Of a stretch of DNA of 64,000 nt, positions 62,201-64,000 are shown one piece after another. Under the pieces are notes generated by a model that searched no databases, was not told where the DNA came from, and saw only the letters and a list, made by a program, of their open reading frames with translations. The stretch is from positions 21,080,001-21,144,000 of the forward strand of contig NC_059438.1 in assembly GCF_021028975.2 (NCBI RefSeq), read 5' to 3'. Position numbers and translations under genes: made by a program. Each line of letters opens with the position of its first letter. Position 1 is the stretch's first letter. This DNA comes from Sphaerodactylus townsendi. Taxonomy: Eukaryota.

Positions 62201-63753
62201 TTTGAGGTCATGGTTAGTCTAGGAGTGATGGCATCTCTCTCTGCAGCATCTCTGTGACCCCAGCTCATACCTCAGACGCTGGAGATTTTTGGTCTCCAGC
62301 ATCTGATTCCTCCCTATTTATTTATTGACCTATGGATCCTCAAAATTGATTCATAGTGGGGTGCATCCCACAGATCCATTCTGTTAAGCTAGAGTGGTAC
62401 AGTGGTTGAGAGACTGGATTTTAATCTGTAGAATCAGGTTTGATTCCCCATTCCTCCACATGAAGCTCACTGGGTGACCTTGGGCCAGTCACAGTTTTCT
62501 CAGAAATCTCTGTCCCACCTGCCTCACAAGATGCCTGTTGAGGGGTGGGGAATGGAAAGTGAAAGCTTTGAGACTCTTTACTGTTGAGAAAAGCAAGGTA
62601 TAAAAACCAACTCTTCTCCTCCTCCCTCCCTCTCCTTTTTCCTCCTCCCATCATCCTGGTGGTGGGCAAGAAACCTTCCCCTGACTGTATTATAAGGAAG
62701 CACTGCTATTGTGGAATAAGCCTGGGGGATCAGTACAACTTCTTCACACATACTCAGAACAATATTTTATTGGCCTCCTCCATTTCCAACGCCTTTAGCC
62801 CTCAATGTAGGGCATGACTCTGCTGCGGACCATCCTGCTCCCTACTATTTCGGGGAGATCTGTGGGATTGTATGGCTCTGGTACAACAGTCAATAGTCCA
62901 GACTCTAGAGAAGTTCAGTAGTCTTTATTGTGCTTTCTCAGTGGCCATTACTGCCTGGAAGGGAGTGAGGAGGCCTGCTTCACTATGTTGCAGAGCACAG
63001 CGATTGAGACAGAAAGGCCTGTTAACATGAGGCAGATAACAGCAGGCCCAAGTGTGACCTTGGCTCTGGCTGGCCGATGCAAGGCAAGGCAGAAGCCGAG
63101 CCTGACAGGGATGAGATGGGAGAGAGGGAGGCAGAAGTGCCTTCTGTCAGGGGAAGTTTTGGCCTGGATCCAACCCATAATCAATAACAAAACCACTCCA
63201 CAAATAGCAATGAAAGAGGCAGTGGCGGCTTAGAACAGAAAAGACAGCAGAACGAAGTGGCTGACTGATGCATTGTGTCTCCGGTAAAGGTTTCCCCCGC
63301 GAACCCTCCTCTCGTGCTGGACAGGCAGGATGTGGAGCCCCTGGCAGTGCCTCAATCTTCCCCCACCCGCGAACGCTCGCCAGACGTCATCTCCTCGGCC
63401 TCCACTGCCATGTCCCAGGACATCCCAGAGATTGCCTCAGAAACCCTGCAGCGCAGCTACGGCGCGGCCCCGTCCGGGCTGCCGGCAGAAGGCCTGGAGT
63501 CCAATCACCACGCTGACAGCATGGCTTCCGCAGCCTCCGCCCTGCATTTGTTGTCTCCGCGGAACCGGCACAGCTCGGAGCACAGCCACCACTCCCTGGA
63601 CGTGGCCTCTGCTGAGGTGGACATGCTGAGCACGCCCTCCTTACTAGAGACTGCCTTACCTCAGGAAAACGCTGCTTCTGACGCCAGCGTGAGCCAGCCA
63701 TGGCCAGCTGCTCCCGACATTACCAGGGAGACCAGGAACAGTATGGCCGACAG
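45116..63753 (+). CDS. EDC4: Enhancer of mRNA decapping 4 (Ge-1), exons 1-18; continues beyond the window
   Basis: Exons 45116-45191, 49854-50010, 50257-50368, 50701-50800, 50975-51164, 51996-52143, 53075-53179, 53706-53815, 53957-54040, 55662-55757, 55953-56055, 56749-56929, 57233-57305, 58959-59050, 60064-60260, 61216-61301, 62031-62184, 63290-63753; phases consistent; MASASMDIEDATQHLRDILKLDRP start, WD40 region, Ser-rich linker. Confidence 0.97.
47889..48190 (+). mobile_element. Squam3-like SINE
   Basis: Family consensus. Confidence 0.8.
48943..49269. mobile_element. hAT-type MITE nested in a Penelope-like fragment (~48840-49305)
   Basis: CAGCGATTCCCAAC...GTTAGAAAACACTG termini; TSD CCTTAGTG/CCCTAGTG. 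Confidence 0.75.
49520..49752 (+). mobile_element. Squam3-like SINE (older)
   Basis: Family consensus. Confidence 0.65.
49854..50010 (+). CDS. EDC4: EDC4 exon 2
   Basis: SYNGDLNGLLVPD...LQEKQVI. Confidence 0.93.
50257..50368 (+). CDS. EDC4: EDC4 exon 3
   Basis: CLSGDDSST...KARGSNK. Confidence 0.95.
50701..50800 (+). CDS. EDC4: EDC4 exon 4
   Basis: VKIQPVARYDWEQKYYYGNLIAVS. Confidence 0.95.
50975..51164 (+). CDS. EDC4: EDC4 exon 5
   Basis: ASNGSAMVRVLSVSTAERTLLKGF; followed by a U12-type donor. Confidence 0.95.
51165..51995 (+). other. U12-type (minor spliceosome) GT-AG intron in EDC4
   Basis: Donor GTATCTTT; branch TTCCTCAAC at 51976-51984 close to the AG; no polypyrimidine tract. Confidence 0.8.
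51996..52143 (+). CDS. EDC4: EDC4 exon 6
   Basis: EEIWVNIKRPDGTPLNSFRRIIWCPFIP. Confidence 0.95.
52645..52936 (+). mobile_element. Squam3-like SINE
   Basis: Family consensus. Confidence 0.8.
53075..53179 (+). CDS. EDC4: EDC4 exon 7
   Basis: AEVWDLD...GFIVVKGHST. Confidence 0.95.
53706..53815 (+). CDS. EDC4: EDC4 exon 8
   Basis: LSEGALSPDGTVLATASHDGYVKFWQIY. Confidence 0.95.
53957..54040 (+). CDS. EDC4: EDC4 exon 9
   Basis: CLHEWKPHDGRPLSCLLFCDNHKKQDP. Confidence 0.95.
54563..54882 (-). mobile_element. Squam3-like SINE
   Basis: Reverse-complement family consensus. Confidence 0.8.
55662..55757 (+). CDS. EDC4: EDC4 exon 10
   Basis: VPFWRFLITGADQNRELKMWCTVSWTCLQT. Confidence 0.95.
55953..56055 (+). 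CDS. EDC4: EDC4 exon 11
   Basis: FSPDIFSS...EYLILSDVQRK. Confidence 0.95.
56447..56740 (+). mobile_element. Squam3-like SINE inserted at the EDC4 exon 12 acceptor
   Basis: Family consensus; flanking 16-bp near-direct repeats that end in CAG. Confidence 0.8.
56749..56929 (+). CDS. EDC4: EDC4 exon 12
   Basis: VLYVMEL...FLLTHPVLSFGIQ. Confidence 0.95.
57233..57305 (+). CDS. EDC4: EDC4 exon 13
   Basis: ESAAGVLIKLFCVHTK. Confidence 0.93.
58185..58403. mobile_element. Penelope-like inverted terminal fragments
   Basis: Two arms in opposite orientation; CTACTGCAAAAAC direct repeat on both sides. Confidence 0.75.
58404..58722. repeat. AT-rich foldback inverted repeat (arms >100 bp)
   Basis: CTACTGCAAAAACC...GGTTTTTGCAGTAG arms. 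Confidence 0.75.
58959..59050 (+). CDS. EDC4: EDC4 exon 14
   Basis: ALQDVQIRFQP...HEDF. Confidence 0.93.
60064..60260 (+). CDS. EDC4: EDC4 exon 15 (an in-frame acceptor 9 nt downstream is also possible)
   Basis: HGSQPDVRR...KPKLMTPDAFMTPSTSLQQ. Confidence 0.9.
61216..61301 (+). CDS. EDC4: EDC4 exon 16
   Basis: ITVSPGSSISSLTAVTSMS. Confidence 0.9.
62031..62184 (+). CDS. EDC4: EDC4 exon 17
   Basis: LSPKLQLD...DKLTPK. Confidence 0.92.
62389..62620 (+). mobile_element. Squam3-like SINE (older)
   Basis: Family consensus. Confidence 0.65.
63290..63753 (+). CDS. EDC4: EDC4 exon 18
   Basis: RSPDVISSASTAMSQDIPEIASE...WPAAPDITRET. Confidence 0.92.
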
Positions 63754-64000
63754 GTAACCACTGCCTCAGCTGTTATTGCTCCCCTTTGCTCACAGGTGAC
63801 ACACCGTCTTAGCCCTGCCAGCTTTGGTTCCCTCACCCAAACATTCATATTCCTCCTTCACTCATTGAATAAGCGTTGCCCTGTTTCCTGGTCCCCCTTC
63901 TCTGCTTCCTCCGGCACATTTCAATCAGTCTTCAGGTATTTGAGCTAAATCTCTGAGCCCATGTGAAACAAATCTCAGTTACGATTACTTCAGAAATGAG

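Noticed and set aside
1-64000. Prokaryotic systems (CRISPR arrays, operons, defence systems)
   Set aside because: Spliced vertebrate genes and vertebrate TEs throughout; no repeat-spacer arrays

Overview
Eukaryotic (vertebrate) genomic DNA. The SINE, CR1, Penelope and SPIN content suggests a squamate reptile, probably a gecko (inference). The window is the conserved CENPT(-) / THAP11(+) / NUTF2(+) / EDC4(+) block. I reconstructed phase-consistent exon chains by hand: CENPT, 9 coding exons from ATG 13950 running off the left edge; THAP11, single exon 15954-16727; NUTF2, complete; EDC4, first 18 exons, running off the right edge. Main observations: (1) NUTF2 has two tandem, intact, synonymously diverged copies of its last coding exon, predicting an alternative NTF2 C-terminus; (2) a 9 x 36-bp His/Glu-rich coding minisatellite in the CENP-T linker; (3) four co-oriented THAP11/ZNF143 motifs at THAP11's own promoter, and a palindromic hAT MITE family that carries the same motif; (4) a U12-type intron in EDC4; (5) a SINE whose target-site duplication copied an EDC4 splice acceptor; (6) a SPIN MITE and several nested or young DNA transposons. 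Most short ORFs in the supplied track are noise or GC-rich shadows.
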